Source of the DNA: Vicugna vicugna
Taxonomy: Eukaryota
Length of the DNA stretch: 64,000 nucleotides
Assembly: GCA_013265495.1 (NCBI GenBank)
Contig: MU058221.1
Location: forward strand, 496,001-560,000
Reading direction: 5' to 3'
Shown: positions 63,749 through 64,000 of the stretch, one piece after another
How the letters are laid out: each line of letters starts with the position of its first letter
Position numbering within the stretch: position 1 is the stretch's first letter
Program-made: the position numbers and the translations under genes
Notes under the pieces: generated by a model
Told to the model about the DNA's origin: nothing
Database searches by the model: none
Seen by the model: only the letters and a program-made list of their open reading frames with translations

Positions 63749-64000
63749 CAGCGGCGTTTTGCAGAGTGGCTTGTTACGCATAAATATTGCATAAACTGTG
63801 TGCTATGGTTAAGCTGAGAGATTTTTAGCAAATGAAAGAGATGACGGAGCAAACGGTGCTGACTGGTAGCACCGAGTTATTACTGTGATGTAAACACGCC
63901 GCCAGGGTGAGCGTCAGGCCACCAACCCGACGTCATGACGGTGGCGACGGGAAGGGACGTGCCCAGCTGGCCCTGTCGCTGAGCCGGCTGCAGCACACCA
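63749..64000 (-). mobile_element. MER63-like hAT-Blackjack MITE running to the window edge
   Basis: tgtaaacacgccgccagg...caccaacccgacgtca...gggaagggacgtgccca...gagccggctgcagcacacca matches the reverse of the MER63 terminus. Confidence 0.7.

Overview
Mammalian genomic DNA, most likely camelid (camel, alpaca or llama). That call rests on tRNA-derived SINEs with the head GGGGAGGGTATAGCTCA and on a recurrent lineage-type L1 3' end. I cannot support any protein-coding gene: the ORF track is chance ORFs, microsatellite read-through and broken L1 ORF2 pieces. The window is AT-rich non-coding sequence with old and young L1 fragments, solo LTRs (ERV1-like and MaLR), DNA-transposon fossils (MER58A, MER5, MER63, Tigger13a), MIR/L2 relics and microsatellites, interrupted by short CpG-rich patches. 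LTR and young-L1 orientation suggests, but does not prove, an intron of a minus-strand gene. The best leads are a SINE-head/L1-tail chimera, local AT-to-GC hypermutated patches inside repeats, a solo LTR with a duplicated CCAAT/CCAAT/octamer module, and a few candidate small exons. I found no convincing novel multi-gene system. Repeat family names come from recalled consensus sequences, not a database search, and most boundaries are approximate.
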